In this document: piece after piece, positions 39,553-49,094 of the stretch
How the letters are laid out: each line of letters opens with the position of its first letter
How positions within the stretch are numbered: the first letter of the stretch is position 1
Virus record (IMG/VR): IMGVR_UViG_3300025669_000021
Location: 37,416-101,415 of that record
Origin: a virus
Reading direction: 5' to 3' (one strand)
DNA: 64,000 bases
Notes under the pieces: generated by a model
Databases searched by the model: none
What the model was told of the DNA's origin: nothing
What the model saw: the letters and a program-made list of their open reading frames with translations, nothing else
Translations under genes and position numbers: made by a program

Positions 39553-39730
39553 AGATCTGATGATGTTCGGCAAGTATCGAGGCAAGCCGATCTGTGAAGT
39601 CCCAGGCGACTATCTGCTATTCATCGATGGCAAAGCGGGGATGGTTACACATCCAGAAGTCAGGGAGTGGATCAGCAATCACCGGGAACAGTTGGAGAGG
39701 GAAGCAGTATTGAGGAGATCAGCAAGATGA
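39542..39730 (+). CDS. DUF3820-like small protein
   Basis: M.FGKYRG..I.EVP.DYL motif. Confidence 0.7.
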   Translation: MEDEDLMMFGKYRGKPICEVPGDYLLFIDGKAGMVTHPEVREWISNHREQLEREAVLRRSAR

Positions 39731-39900
39731 CGGACGAAAAGAAAGCAAATGCGTTTATGGCAGGGCAATGCAAAGTGGAAGTCGATGAAGATACGATGGA
39801 GACATTCGACAATTTGCTAATAATTCAATGCCAATCGCCAGAGCAGATCAGAGAGGCAGTCAAGTCTGGCAAATTAGAGTTCACTGTATTCGGGGAGTGA
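39727..39900 (+). CDS. Hypothetical protein
   Basis: ATGA-coupled 57-aa ORF. Confidence 0.5.
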   Translation: MTDEKKANAFMAGQCKVEVDEDTMETFDNLLIIQCQSPEQIREAVKSGKLEFTVFGE

Positions 39901-39905
39901 GGAAC

Positions 39906-40112
39906 ATGAAGGAAATCATAATCACAATCGTATGGTGTCTGACCCTCGCCGTGGCATTCTTTGGTGGGGTCGGGTGGGGGACCAACTTTACGTTTGCACA
40001 AGCGAAAGAGCATGGCTATGCTGTGCGGATCGGTGGTCGATACTATTGGGGAGACAGCAGCATCGTTGAACGAAACAAAAGAGAGGCCGGGAAAAATGAA
40101 GAAGCCGAATAA
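39906..40112 (+). CDS. Small membrane-anchored protein
   Basis: N-term hydrophobic helix; RBS GAGG. Confidence 0.5.
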   Translation: MKEIIITIVWCLTLAVAFFGGVGWGTNFTFAQAKEHGYAVRIGGRYYWGDSSIVERNKREAGKNEEAE

Positions 40113-40455
40113 CCGTATGGAAAAGCCAGAGAATCGAGAAGAGGCAACGGGTGGATTTCCGAAAGTCGAATACAGCCCGGCGACCTGTCCCAACTGTGGG
40201 AGTCATCGTTGCCCGGTAACATCGACTCTCGGAGAGGATGTCACCACCGTCCGTAGGCACAAGTGTGAGAATTGCGGAATACCATTCACCAGTGTCGAGG
40301 AGATCCCCAGGGTGGATCAGGGGATAGAGAAAGAGGAGACACCGGCAGATGATGTAGCTGATCCCCCGGATGATCTGCCAGAGGGTGAAGGTACTGCACC
40401 AATTCACCAGCAGCAGCCCGGAGTGAAGGCAAGCAATAAGAAGGGCAAGAAATAG
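40096..40455 (+). CDS. Ogr/Delta/NrdR-like zinc-finger protein (candidate late activator)
   Basis: CPNCGS...V.ST......RR.KC.NCG..FTS.E. Confidence 0.7.
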   Translation: MKKPNNRMEKPENREEATGGFPKVEYSPATCPNCGSHRCPVTSTLGEDVTTVRRHKCENCGIPFTSVEEIPRVDQGIEKEETPADDVADPPDDLPEGEGTAPIHQQQPGVKASNKKGKK

Positions 40456-40494
40456 TTTCCACACGGTTGGCTTCTTCCGAGCCATCCACGCACG

Positions 40495-40531
40495 GAGCCG
40501 CATCGGGGAAACCCGGTGCGGCTCTTTTTTT
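40495..40531 (+). terminator. Intrinsic terminator
   Basis: GAGCCGCATCGGG-GAAA-CCCGGTGCGGCTC followed by T7. Confidence 0.9.
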
Positions 40532-40730
40532 GTGCCTTTTTCCAGTGAGGGATAGGAGATCAGGGGGAATCGGTCAGGATAGCCAGCTATGGCCCTAGCA
40601 GTCTAAACCGGGTCTGTGTGTGGAATGGTGAAGGAAAAGGGGGATAGTGGCTCCTGGGAGCAGTAAGACGGCTTATTTGCCCTGTGCATTCAGTGTCAGG
40701 TGGGCATACAGATTCTGTACTTTTGCCCTC

Positions 40731-40759
40731 TTGTGGGGTCTGAGGAATCGGTGCATACT
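40731..40759 (+). promoter_or_regulatory. Putative late promoter, leaderless start at gpW
   Basis: TTGTGG-N17-CATACT, 6 nt before ATG 40766, no RBS. Confidence 0.4.
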
Positions 40760-40765
40760 ATCCCC

Positions 40766-40969
40766 ATGAGCACAAGCACTCTTACACTGGCAAATGTCGA
40801 GACTGCAATCGCTACTGTGTTGCAGCATCAACGCTATAAATTGATGGATAGAGACTTCACTTTTGCGGATCTCGAAACATTGATGGAGTTCCGTGACAAG
40901 CTCATCGGGGAAGAGGCCATGACCAATGGAGCATTTGGTGTGGCAAGATTCAGCGCAATAGGGGGATGA
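40766..40969 (+). CDS. gpW-like head completion protein
   Basis: L..VE.AI..VL..Q.Y....R.FT.ADL..L...R; immediately before a lambda-type portal. Confidence 0.75.
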   Translation: MSTSTLTLANVETAIATVLQHQRYKLMDRDFTFADLETLMEFRDKLIGEEAMTNGAFGVARFSAIGG

Positions 40970-42705
40970 TGGCTAGAATCGACCTTAACGATCAGAAACA
41001 AGTCAGAGCATTGAACCGGGCGGCGGAGAACTTCTCAGAGGTTCCGACCAGCCCGGTTCGTTTTGTCGATAGAGTCGTGGGATTCATCAATCCAAGAAAA
41101 GGTGCAGAGCGTGTGAGGGATCGTTATCTAGCCCTACACATCGAGAGATCCTTGAAAGACATCGAGGTAAGAGCAGCCTATAAGTCGGCAGACAAGAATC
41201 GATTAAATGCAGGGTGGAAGTCAGACAGCCTTGATATCAATGCTCATCTAAAAGCGGATCTCACTACCATTCGCAATCGGAGTCGGTCCCTCCTTCGAAA
41301 CAATCCTCATGCCGCCCAAGCCATCAATGCCTTCACCAACTATGTCATCGGGGTGGGATTTGAATTGCAGATGCAAGTACAGAAGATGGGTGAGAATAGT
41401 AAGGGCGAGCCAATATTGGTCCCCATGGAATTGTGGAATAATTACGTCGAGGACACTTTCAACGATTGGGCAGAGGATGTGAATATCCAATCCTCGGAAT
41501 CATGCCCGGATCATTTCAAAGATGCTCAAGGGCTATGGTTCCGCAAACTCTTTGAAGATGGGGAGGTATTCGTCCACCGGGCAATCGACATGAGTCATCC
41601 TGTCGTGCCAATGACTTTGGAATTCATCGAGCCGGAAGCACTCAACACATCCCTCACAAAGAATGCAGCCACGGGAAATCCCATCATCATGGGAGTCGAG
41701 GTCGAAGCCGGGAGCCTACGGCCTGTGGCATATTGGGTCTATGCTTGCAGAACACCGTCGAACTATTATTGCAAAGATAATAAGAGTCTGAGAATCCCCG
41801 CCAAGAATATGAGTCATAGCTTTATGAAGTTGAGGCCCAGGCAGACAAGGGGGCTTCCTTGGATGTTTGCCGTCGAGCAGAATTTCTATGATCTGGATGA
41901 GTACACCGAGGCAGAGTTGATCGGGAACAAGATTGCCGCCTGTCTGTCGGTATTCTTCATGGGTGCATCATCTGTCGGGAATGCAGGGCTTGATAATCCC
42001 AACGGAGCATCAGCAACGGATGGTGATGGAAATGTGATCACGGATCTGCAGCCAGGGATGATCGGATATCTCCCCAGGGCGAGTGACATGAAAGTGGTGT
42101 CGCCTCAGAAGCCCGGTGCGACCTTCAAACCTTTCACCCGGTATATCCAACAAAAGATCTTCGGTGGGATCTATGGAGGAATCTCGTACACGGGAGCGAC
42201 CAGGGACACAGAGGGAGTCACGTTTGCATCGGGTCGGATGTCACAGCAAGCGGATTATCAAGTGTACCGTGCAATCCAAAAGGTTGTCGGGAGAAAGTTC
42301 TGCTCATGGACAGTCTTCCGGCCATGGATGGATCTTGCCGTGCTCAATGGTGTGGTCACAGCCCCAGGATATTTTGATAAGACCCCAGGAAAGAGATTTT
42401 GGCAGAGACATGAGTGGATGCCCGGTGGATGGAATTGGGGGATCAATCCTTTGCAAGAAGTCAATGCCTCGATCACCAGCATGAGGGCTGGAATCACTAC
42501 GCTTGATGATGAGTGTGCAAATCTCGGACATGATGCACGGAGCCAGCTAATCAAGAAGTCCCGGATCGATAGACTAGCCGAGGATCTTGGAGTGACACTC
42601 AGCAGCGATGCAGCAGTCGGTAACATATCGAGGAAGGGCGAAGCCCCACCGATCATGGATGATGAAGGCAACCCAATAGAAGAGGAACCAACGGATGACA
42701 CCTGA
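40966..42705 (+). CDS. Portal protein, lambda family
   Basis: R.RSR.L.RNNP, DGEVF, GVE....RPVAYW, RP.QTRGLP, FASGR, W.PGGW..INPLQE. Confidence 0.92.
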   Translation: MMARIDLNDQKQVRALNRAAENFSEVPTSPVRFVDRVVGFINPRKGAERVRDRYLALHIERSLKDIEVRAAYKSADKNRLNAGWKSDSLDINAHLKADLTTIRNRSRSLLRNNPHAAQAINAFTNYVIGVGFELQMQVQKMGENSKGEPILVPMELWNNYVEDTFNDWAEDVNIQSSESCPDHFKDAQGLWFRKLFEDGEVFVHRAIDMSHPVVPMTLEFIEPEALNTSLTKNAATGNPIIMGVEVEAGSLRPVAYWVYACRTPSNYYCKDNKSLRIPAKNMSHSFMKLRPRQTRGLPWMFAVEQNFYDLDEYTEAELIGNKIAACLSVFFMGASSVGNAGLDNPNGASATDGDGNVITDLQPGMIGYLPRASDMKVVSPQKPGATFKPFTRYIQQKIFGGIYGGISYTGATRDTEGVTFASGRMSQQADYQVYRAIQKVVGRKFCSWTVFRPWMDLAVLNGVVTAPGYFDKTPGKRFWQRHEWMPGGWNWGINPLQEVNASITSMRAGITTLDDECANLGHDARSQLIKKSRIDRLAEDLGVTLSSDAAVGNISRKGEAPPIMDDEGNPIEEEPTDDT

Positions 42706-44896
42706 GAAAAGAGCAGCATTAATCAAGGCACGTTTTGAAGGACAAGAAGCAGAGATCACGGAAGCGATTGAAGGTGGCGGAACAATGGTCACACTGTCGG
42801 GTGATCAGACTCCAATGCGTTCTGTTTTCCCAATAGAGATCCGTGAAGAGAATGATGATGAAACCATCGAGCTTTCGTTTTCCAGTGAAGAACGTGTGCG
42901 GAGTCGATGGGGTGATGAAGAGATCCTTGTGCATGAATCGAAGGCTGCAGATTTCACACGGCTAAAGGATGTCGGATCAATTTTGAGGAACCACGATCCC
43001 AATCAGATCGTTGGTGTTCCAGTATCGGTGTCGCTGGATACGCAAAGCCGCAAGGGGCGACTTGTGATGAGATTCGGGACAACGGAGGAAGCACAAAGAG
43101 CCAGAAAGGAAGTGGTCGTGGACAAAACGCTGAGAGGTGTATCCGTTGGATTCACCGTCCGCGAATGGGTTTGGCTCAAAGACGATACAGAAAGTTGGAA
43201 AAGGTTTGTTGGCCCTGCATGGGTGGCAGCGCGGTGGGATGCTTTGGAAGTGTCCCTTACGCCTATCCCTGCCGATCCATCAGTGGGAGTAAATAGATGC
43301 GTGTCGTTTGATACGGCGAAGGAGAAGGTTACAATGACAGAAGAGGAAAAAAGGGCAGCAGCAGAGGAAGCGAAACGTGTCGCAGATGGAGTGGAAGCGA
43401 AACGGGCAGCAGACGAAGAAGCTGAGAGGCTGAGAAATGCAACACCGGCACCAGAGGGCGCACAAGAACCGGGTATGTCACCAGAACAGGTGGCACAGAC
43501 GGCTAGGGATGCTGTGGCAGCAGAGCGTCAAAGGGCGGGAAGTATCAGATCGATGTGCAGTCAGTTCCAGACGGACGACAAGGCAGAAGATTTGATCAGT
43601 ACCGGGAAGACGGTGGAAGAGGCCAGATCAATAGTGATGGATCTGCTTGCAGAACGCCAAGCCCCCATGGGCGACAGTGTGCAAGTGATTCAGGATGGCC
43701 GGGTTTCTCATGCTCGCGCAGCCGGAGAAGCATTATCCATTCGTATGGGTCATATGACCAGAGATAAGGCAGAGAATGGTGGCGGAGAACTTGCCAACAT
43801 GACGCTGTTGCGCTTGGCAGAAGATTGCATGGTGAGATCCAACACACCTGGATATCATCGTGGGATGGACACGCGAGCATTGGTCGAGTTGGCCATGCGT
43901 GGCCCTCTGATCAACAGTGACAGCATCGCTCAGTTCAATCGAGGGGAAACAATCGCCGGGTCAACCAGTGATTTCCCATATCTGTTGGCTGCAGGAGCCA
44001 ACAAATCTCTGTTGGATGCCTATCGCGCTGCACAGACCACCTATGAACAGTGGTGCAAGATCGGTTCGCTCAATGACTTCAAATCCACCCACAGGATCAA
44101 GATGTCCGAATCGGGGGATCTGGAACTTATCCCAGAGAACGGAACATACCCCGCAGGTGCGATGTCAGAGTCGAAAGAATCCATCCAGTTGGCTACCTAT
44201 GGGAAGAAATATTCCATGAGTCGTCAGGCGATCATCAATGATGATCTCGACGGATTCGGACAGCAAGCAGCCAAGCATGGTCGGGCAGCAGCCAGGAAGC
44301 CCAACCTATTGGCCGTGCAGACACTTCTCGCTAACGCAGTGATGAGTGACTCGGCAGCATTGTTCAGTACGACACATGCTAACTATTCCTCGGACGCGAA
44401 TTTTGCATTCGATACTTTGGCCCATGCAGAGGCAGGGCTAGAGAATGCAATCAAGCTGTTCCGAAGTCAGACCGCGAAGATGAGTGCGCTTGAGGATGAT
44501 ACCACGGCATATATTGATATATCGCCGCGCATCTGTCTTGTCGGTCAGACCAATGAGTTCGTTGCCCGCAAAGTATTGGGTGCGACGAGTTCGGTCTTGG
44601 ATAACAAGAACACTGGCGTTCCGAATGCAGTTGGATCGATTGGCATTATTCCTGTCGTCGAGCCCAACCTGGAAAATAGTAACCTCACAGGCTATGGCAC
44701 TCTCCCTTGGTATCTGTTCGCAGATCCTATGGATGGAGCCGTGATCGAAGTTGCCTTCTTGCAGGGTGATCGAGAGCCTTACATGGAAGAGATCAACCAG
44801 ACGGATGCAGATGGACGTATCTGGAAGGTAAGGATCGACTGTGTAGCCGGTGCTATAGACTTCGCCGGGGCAGTGAAGGAAAACGCAGAGGCTTAG
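42695..44896 (+). CDS. Prohead protease (HK97-type)-major capsid fusion protein
   Basis: N-term L.NHD, GVSVG, EVSL.PIPAD protease motifs; linker; C-term STSDF, DFK, TYGK..S.SRQAIINDDL capsid motifs. Confidence 0.9.
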   Translation: MTPEKRAALIKARFEGQEAEITEAIEGGGTMVTLSGDQTPMRSVFPIEIREENDDETIELSFSSEERVRSRWGDEEILVHESKAADFTRLKDVGSILRNHDPNQIVGVPVSVSLDTQSRKGRLVMRFGTTEEAQRARKEVVVDKTLRGVSVGFTVREWVWLKDDTESWKRFVGPAWVAARWDALEVSLTPIPADPSVGVNRCVSFDTAKEKVTMTEEEKRAAAEEAKRVADGVEAKRAADEEAERLRNATPAPEGAQEPGMSPEQVAQTARDAVAAERQRAGSIRSMCSQFQTDDKAEDLISTGKTVEEARSIVMDLLAERQAPMGDSVQVIQDGRVSHARAAGEALSIRMGHMTRDKAENGGGELANMTLLRLAEDCMVRSNTPGYHRGMDTRALVELAMRGPLINSDSIAQFNRGETIAGSTSDFPYLLAAGANKSLLDAYRAAQTTYEQWCKIGSLNDFKSTHRIKMSESGDLELIPENGTYPAGAMSESKESIQLATYGKKYSMSRQAIINDDLDGFGQQAAKHGRAAARKPNLLAVQTLLANAVMSDSAALFSTTHANYSSDANFAFDTLAHAEAGLENAIKLFRSQTAKMSALEDDTTAYIDISPRICLVGQTNEFVARKVLGATSSVLDNKNTGVPNAVGSIGIIPVVEPNLENSNLTGYGTLPWYLFADPMDGAVIEVAFLQGDREPYMEEINQTDADGRIWKVRIDCVAGAIDFAGAVKENAEA

Positions 44897-44940
44897 TAAA
44901 CCGTCACGACGAACTCCCATAGGGAGTGGAGGGAATAATT

Positions 44941-45303
44941 ATGACAGTAGCATTCAGAGGTGAAGCAGGATCGATCAAGCACACAGCTACCGCAGCTAGA
45001 AGCAGTGGTGATGTGATTGATCTGACTGATCGGATCGGTATAGCGATGGCAGACATTGCTAGTGGTGCAGAAGGAACCGTGGCAACTCAAGGCGTGTTCA
45101 AGTTGGCGAAGGATGACACCGTATTTGCAGAAGGTGCAGATGTGGATTGGGATCTTTCGGCATTGAAATGTAGTGAACTCGGTGAAGGTGTTGCCGGGGA
45201 CATTTTGCACATAGGCAAATGTGTGAAAGCAGCAGCGACCGGCAAGAGTTATGTTCTTGTTGAGATCAATGTGCCGATAACTGCCGAAACTGTTAGTGCA
45301 TAG
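44941..45303 (+). CDS. DUF2190-type capsid cement/decoration protein
   Basis: SGDVI....GIA..DIA.G..G.....GVF.L.K, V.WD, IG.CV.AA motifs. Confidence 0.8.
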   Translation: MTVAFRGEAGSIKHTATAARSSGDVIDLTDRIGIAMADIASGAEGTVATQGVFKLAKDDTVFAEGADVDWDLSALKCSELGEGVAGDILHIGKCVKAAATGKSYVLVEINVPITAETVSA

Positions 45304-45321
45304 GGAAGGGAGAGAAAAACA

Positions 45322-45693
45322 ATGAAGTTCAAAACTACAATGGCAGTTCTGTTTGTGATGAGTCTGTTTGTCGGGATCTGCGTGATGCCGAATTCGGAAG
45401 CAGTTGCAGATAGTGGTGGGATAATCAAGGGGCGAGTCACAGGTGTGGACGGTTCCACATATATGTCTCAGGGTTATGTTCTAACGCTTGAGCCGACAGG
45501 GATTGCTACGCAGACCCTATCGAAGTTCTACAGCACGACCAATGGGATGATTGTCCTGATGTCATATCAGGGATCAACCGTCCTCACGCCGACTGTTGGG
45601 ACGAATATGGTTGCTGAGTTGGCAACCAATCAAGTGATCGTGCATGGTGCGCCTAGCCAGGCCATTTCGCTATACACATACGGCAAGAAATAG
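45322..45693 (+). CDS. Signal-peptide-bearing small protein
   Basis: MKFK + hydrophobic core + AVA. Confidence 0.65.
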   Translation: MKFKTTMAVLFVMSLFVGICVMPNSEAVADSGGIIKGRVTGVDGSTYMSQGYVLTLEPTGIATQTLSKFYSTTNGMIVLMSYQGSTVLTPTVGTNMVAELATNQVIVHGAPSQAISLYTYGKK

Positions 45694-45704
45694 GAAGGAG
45701 TGAC

Positions 45705-46127
45705 ATGAAGAAAATCAAGCAAGCAATATTCGGCATGGCATTCGTCCTTGTCGCAGGGATAGTGGTCGCGGGTGGGTTCCGAGTACCGGAAGAACTCACA
45801 AGCAGTGGTGCAACAGGAAATATTAACTGGACCAATCCTTTGAAGGGTTCGGCATATATCCGTAACATCATCCTGACTTCAACCCAGGGTGGATCGACCA
45901 ACACTTATATCGTGTCGATCAATGACGGAACAGATGTGCATTATCTGTCTCGTATCATCACCACCAATGAGCCAGCAGGGACTTTGAACCTTGGCTCATC
46001 GCAGACATACCCCACACCATATCAGGCATGGCCGCTGATGAAGGGTTATGTGCTGTCTGTGACGAATACAACGCACACAAATACGTTCAACGCGCTTGTG
46101 GTGCTAGACGCAGATCCAGGCAAGTAG
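45705..46127 (+). CDS. Signal-peptide-bearing small beta-rich protein
   Basis: MKKIK...GIVVA|GGF; 5 TN dipeptides. Confidence 0.7.
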   Translation: MKKIKQAIFGMAFVLVAGIVVAGGFRVPEELTSSGATGNINWTNPLKGSAYIRNIILTSTQGGSTNTYIVSINDGTDVHYLSRIITTNEPAGTLNLGSSQTYPTPYQAWPLMKGYVLSVTNTTHTNTFNALVVLDADPGK

Positions 46128-46133
46128 ATCGGA

Positions 46134-46178
46134 GAATCCGTGTCGGTGGCGTAAAACCCATCGGCACGGATTCATTTT
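46134..46178 (+). terminator. Intrinsic terminator
   Basis: GAATCCGTGTCGGTGG...CCATCGGCACGGATTC then ATTTT. Confidence 0.7.
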
Positions 46179-46193
46179 CCACGAAGGAACACG

Positions 46194-47096
46194 ATGCAAA
46201 GATTCTTCACCGCAATCATTCTATCTGCTGCACTCCTCGTCGGATCGAGTAGCACCGCAGCCCCTCTCAAAACCATTCGTACCCCTCTCCATTGTGTCAC
46301 CAACGTCAATATTCAGTCAGGCGGATTGATCGTGTCGGGCGATGTCCAAGTAGTCAATGGATATTACTATGGCAATGGATCGTTCTTGTCGGGTGTTGGA
46401 ACAGGGCAAGTTAAGTCTGTCACCTATGCAGGGACGAATTTCTCGACCAATGTATGGATGATGGGTGATTACATTGTACCAGTGGGAACAGGTCTGAGCT
46501 TCCGTGCATATGATGGGCCGGTGGCTGTATCGAATGACGTTGCCTATCGGACGCGCACAAACACTTTCACATCAGCAAACAGGATGATCTCCACATTGCA
46601 ACTGGATGGCGCAGTAACTATGGGTACAGGCACCTCCACGGATCTGATTCGTGATGGACAACTGAACATCTATGGTGAACAAACCGATGATCCCATCTTG
46701 ATATATGGAGGGAAGGGGTCAGGTGCAGGTGACATCGGTTCACTTCTCAAGATGACCACGGACGCATTTGCTGGGTCTACTCTTCCCAATGGCAACACGG
46801 TTGCCACATATCTGTGGATCGAAAGTCAGGGAGCAAATGAAAGAGCGTTGGTGTTTATGTATGGGGCGTCGCCAGGATTTGGAACAATATCTTCATACAT
46901 GGATCACCTTGGGAATTGGGTTTACTCTAATGACGTTGATGTGGTTGGCATCCTGGATGTTGGAAGCACTCTGACAATGAAAGGTTCAGCCGGAACCAAT
47001 ATGAACATGAATCACTTTCTTATCGGCGGAACAAATTACATGGCACTATGGATGGATGGTGCCAGCACTACCAACCTGTATCCGGTGAATCTGTAA
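46194..47096 (+). CDS. Fibre-like protein with a signal peptide
   Basis: MQRFFTAIILSAALLVGSSSTA; YYGNGSFLSGV and NTFT fibre motifs. Confidence 0.65.
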   Translation: MQRFFTAIILSAALLVGSSSTAAPLKTIRTPLHCVTNVNIQSGGLIVSGDVQVVNGYYYGNGSFLSGVGTGQVKSVTYAGTNFSTNVWMMGDYIVPVGTGLSFRAYDGPVAVSNDVAYRTRTNTFTSANRMISTLQLDGAVTMGTGTSTDLIRDGQLNIYGEQTDDPILIYGGKGSGAGDIGSLLKMTTDAFAGSTLPNGNTVATYLWIESQGANERALVFMYGASPGFGTISSYMDHLGNWVYSNDVDVVGILDVGSTLTMKGSAGTNMNMNHFLIGGTNYMALWMDGASTTNLYPVNL

Positions 47097-47944
47097 TGCG
47101 TAGATGGGTCATATCCTTGATGCTGATAGTTGTTGCGAATGCTCAGGCATCGCTAGTGACTAATGAGGTCGAGGCATTTGATGACAGCTACCTTGCACCA
47201 GTGTCGGCATTTGGTGATTATTGGTTGTATGAAGGAATCGGCGTGGCGGTTGATCCGGTTACAGGGTGGACGAACACCGTCCTGTGGTGGGAGATGAAGA
47301 ACAGCAATGACCCAACGGAAGACAGTAGTTTCGTAGGGACCAACACGGGCGTCATCGGCGGTGCCACATATACCACGGCTACCAACGGCTACAGCTTTGA
47401 CGGAAACGACAATATCAACGGCAACTCTGGCGAGAGGCTGAATATAACGGATTATCTAACTATTGCCGCATGGGTAAAGTTCGATGGGGTTGGAACCTAC
47501 AATGTAGTAATGACCAAGGGCGAATTTAATACTCCTGCCTCGGCACAGGGCTTGACTTTCCATATGCAGAGAACTTCTGCCAATGCTCTAAACGCAGGAT
47601 ATTACAATTCCGACCCAGCTCCACCACACAACTGTGGATACAATTCGACGGCAGCGGTCTTTCCGTCTGCTAACGTATGGTATCATGTAGCGGCCACTTT
47701 CGATTGGGTCAATGACTCAATTCTAGCCTATGTCGATGGCGTAATTAAGCCAGGAACAATGTCAGCTACCCGCGCCCCAGTGTCAAAACCAACCGAGGAT
47801 ATGCACATTGGCGGTCTTCTCTATAATGGTGGACTACTAAATCAACTCGTTGGCGATTGCGACGAGGCTTTAATATTTGATCGGGTACTAACTTCCAATG
47901 AGGTCTATCAGTTAATGCTAGATACCAATGAAGGGAAGCAATGA
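47096..47944 (+). CDS. LamG/concanavalin-A-like domain protein with a signal peptide
   Basis: FDGND, TIAAWVK, WYHVAATFD...YVDG, G..DE..IFDRVLT.NEV. Confidence 0.85.
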   Translation: MRRWVISLMLIVVANAQASLVTNEVEAFDDSYLAPVSAFGDYWLYEGIGVAVDPVTGWTNTVLWWEMKNSNDPTEDSSFVGTNTGVIGGATYTTATNGYSFDGNDNINGNSGERLNITDYLTIAAWVKFDGVGTYNVVMTKGEFNTPASAQGLTFHMQRTSANALNAGYYNSDPAPPHNCGYNSTAAVFPSANVWYHVAATFDWVNDSILAYVDGVIKPGTMSATRAPVSKPTEDMHIGGLLYNGGLLNQLVGDCDEALIFDRVLTSNEVYQLMLDTNEGKQ

Positions 47945-48393
47945 TTTTGAACAGCAACAAGATTAGGCGTTTGTTCATGTCCGTGGCACTTCCCATGCTG
48001 ACAGACACCACCTATCAATGTCCATCCAGGGAATGGGTTGCTGAATTGTTCCGACAGTTCGATCACGATATGGAGTGGAAGCCACGCAAGGCCGGACTAT
48101 TGCAACGCATCTTCGGGGATGCTCTGTGGTGTTGGACAGAGAGAAACGACTGCGACAATTTTGCCCTGCACTTCATGTCTACAGCCCAGAAGTTGCACAA
48201 GTTCACCGAGCAGCACACGGCGCAGAATGTAGCGGTGGGGGAGGTCTGGTACATGAAGGATATGACAGATTATCACGCAATCAACGTGGTGGTGATTGGG
48301 GAGGAGTCGGTGCTATTCATCGAGCCCCAGGGACCACATTTTGTCGAATTAACAGAAGCTGAAAGAGATAGCATCTCTGAGGTCAGGATTTAG
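47941..48393 (+). CDS. Papain-like Cys protease (MOA lectin C-terminal-like)
   Basis: DCDNFA...HAIN...FIEPQ Cys-His-Glu motif set. Confidence 0.7.
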   Translation: MILNSNKIRRLFMSVALPMLTDTTYQCPSREWVAELFRQFDHDMEWKPRKAGLLQRIFGDALWCWTERNDCDNFALHFMSTAQKLHKFTEQHTAQNVAVGEVWYMKDMTDYHAINVVVIGEESVLFIEPQGPHFVELTEAERDSISEVRI

Positions 48394-48405
48394 AAAGGGA
48401 GAAGG

Positions 48406-48693
48406 ATGGGAACTGCGAATGGAAACAAGGGAATGATGATTGCTCTAGCCGGGGCAATCCCATTGGCGGCACTAGCAACATGGCTGGTTATGGCCGGGAC
48501 AGTATTGGGTCAGGTGAAGGAGCTTGATAGGGATCTCCCAATATTAACGAAGCAGCACCATGCCGATGTCGAGAAATTGACAGAGAAATGCCACAAGACA
48601 GATATGGCAGTCACAGGGATTTTTGCAGAGCTAAGAGCATTGAAAGAATTGGTCGAAAGAATAGACCGGAACGTAACAAGGGGTGATGGATGA
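48406..48693 (+). CDS. Holin-like membrane protein
   Basis: N-term TM helix followed by a coiled coil. Confidence 0.5.
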   Translation: MGTANGNKGMMIALAGAIPLAALATWLVMAGTVLGQVKELDRDLPILTKQHHADVEKLTEKCHKTDMAVTGIFAELRALKELVERIDRNVTRGDG

Positions 48694-49094
48694 AATACTG
48701 GAAACACATAGTAGTCGGGATCGTCGCACACATCATGGCAACCGGATTAATCTTTGCAGGAGCAATGTGGCTCAATTCAATCGAGACAACCAGCGTGGAT
48801 GACACAGGAGTATATGAGTGGACGAATACGACACCTGTTAGCGTCAGTGTCGATGGTGTAATGCTATCGTGGTCGCATCCTATTCCCAACACTTCTTATA
48901 TCGCCGTGGTGTCGCATAGTGCAGCAGGAACAAATCTGCTTGATACAGGAAGCAGCGCAACATCTTTGGGTTCGGTGGTATGGGAGGCTTCCAGTATGTA
49001 TGCCGTCCGAGTGCCTGTTGATGGTGTGATACGGATCTGGTCGGAAGCCACCAATAAATTCAACATCAAGGTTGATGTGTCGAGGCTCCAATAA
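48690..49094 (+). CDS. Signal-peptide-bearing small beta-rich protein
   Basis: MKYWK...GLIFA|GAM; TG...WTN shared with 45705. Confidence 0.65.
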   Translation: MKYWKHIVVGIVAHIMATGLIFAGAMWLNSIETTSVDDTGVYEWTNTTPVSVSVDGVMLSWSHPIPNTSYIAVVSHSAAGTNLLDTGSSATSLGSVVWEASSMYAVRVPVDGVIRIWSEATNKFNIKVDVSRLQ

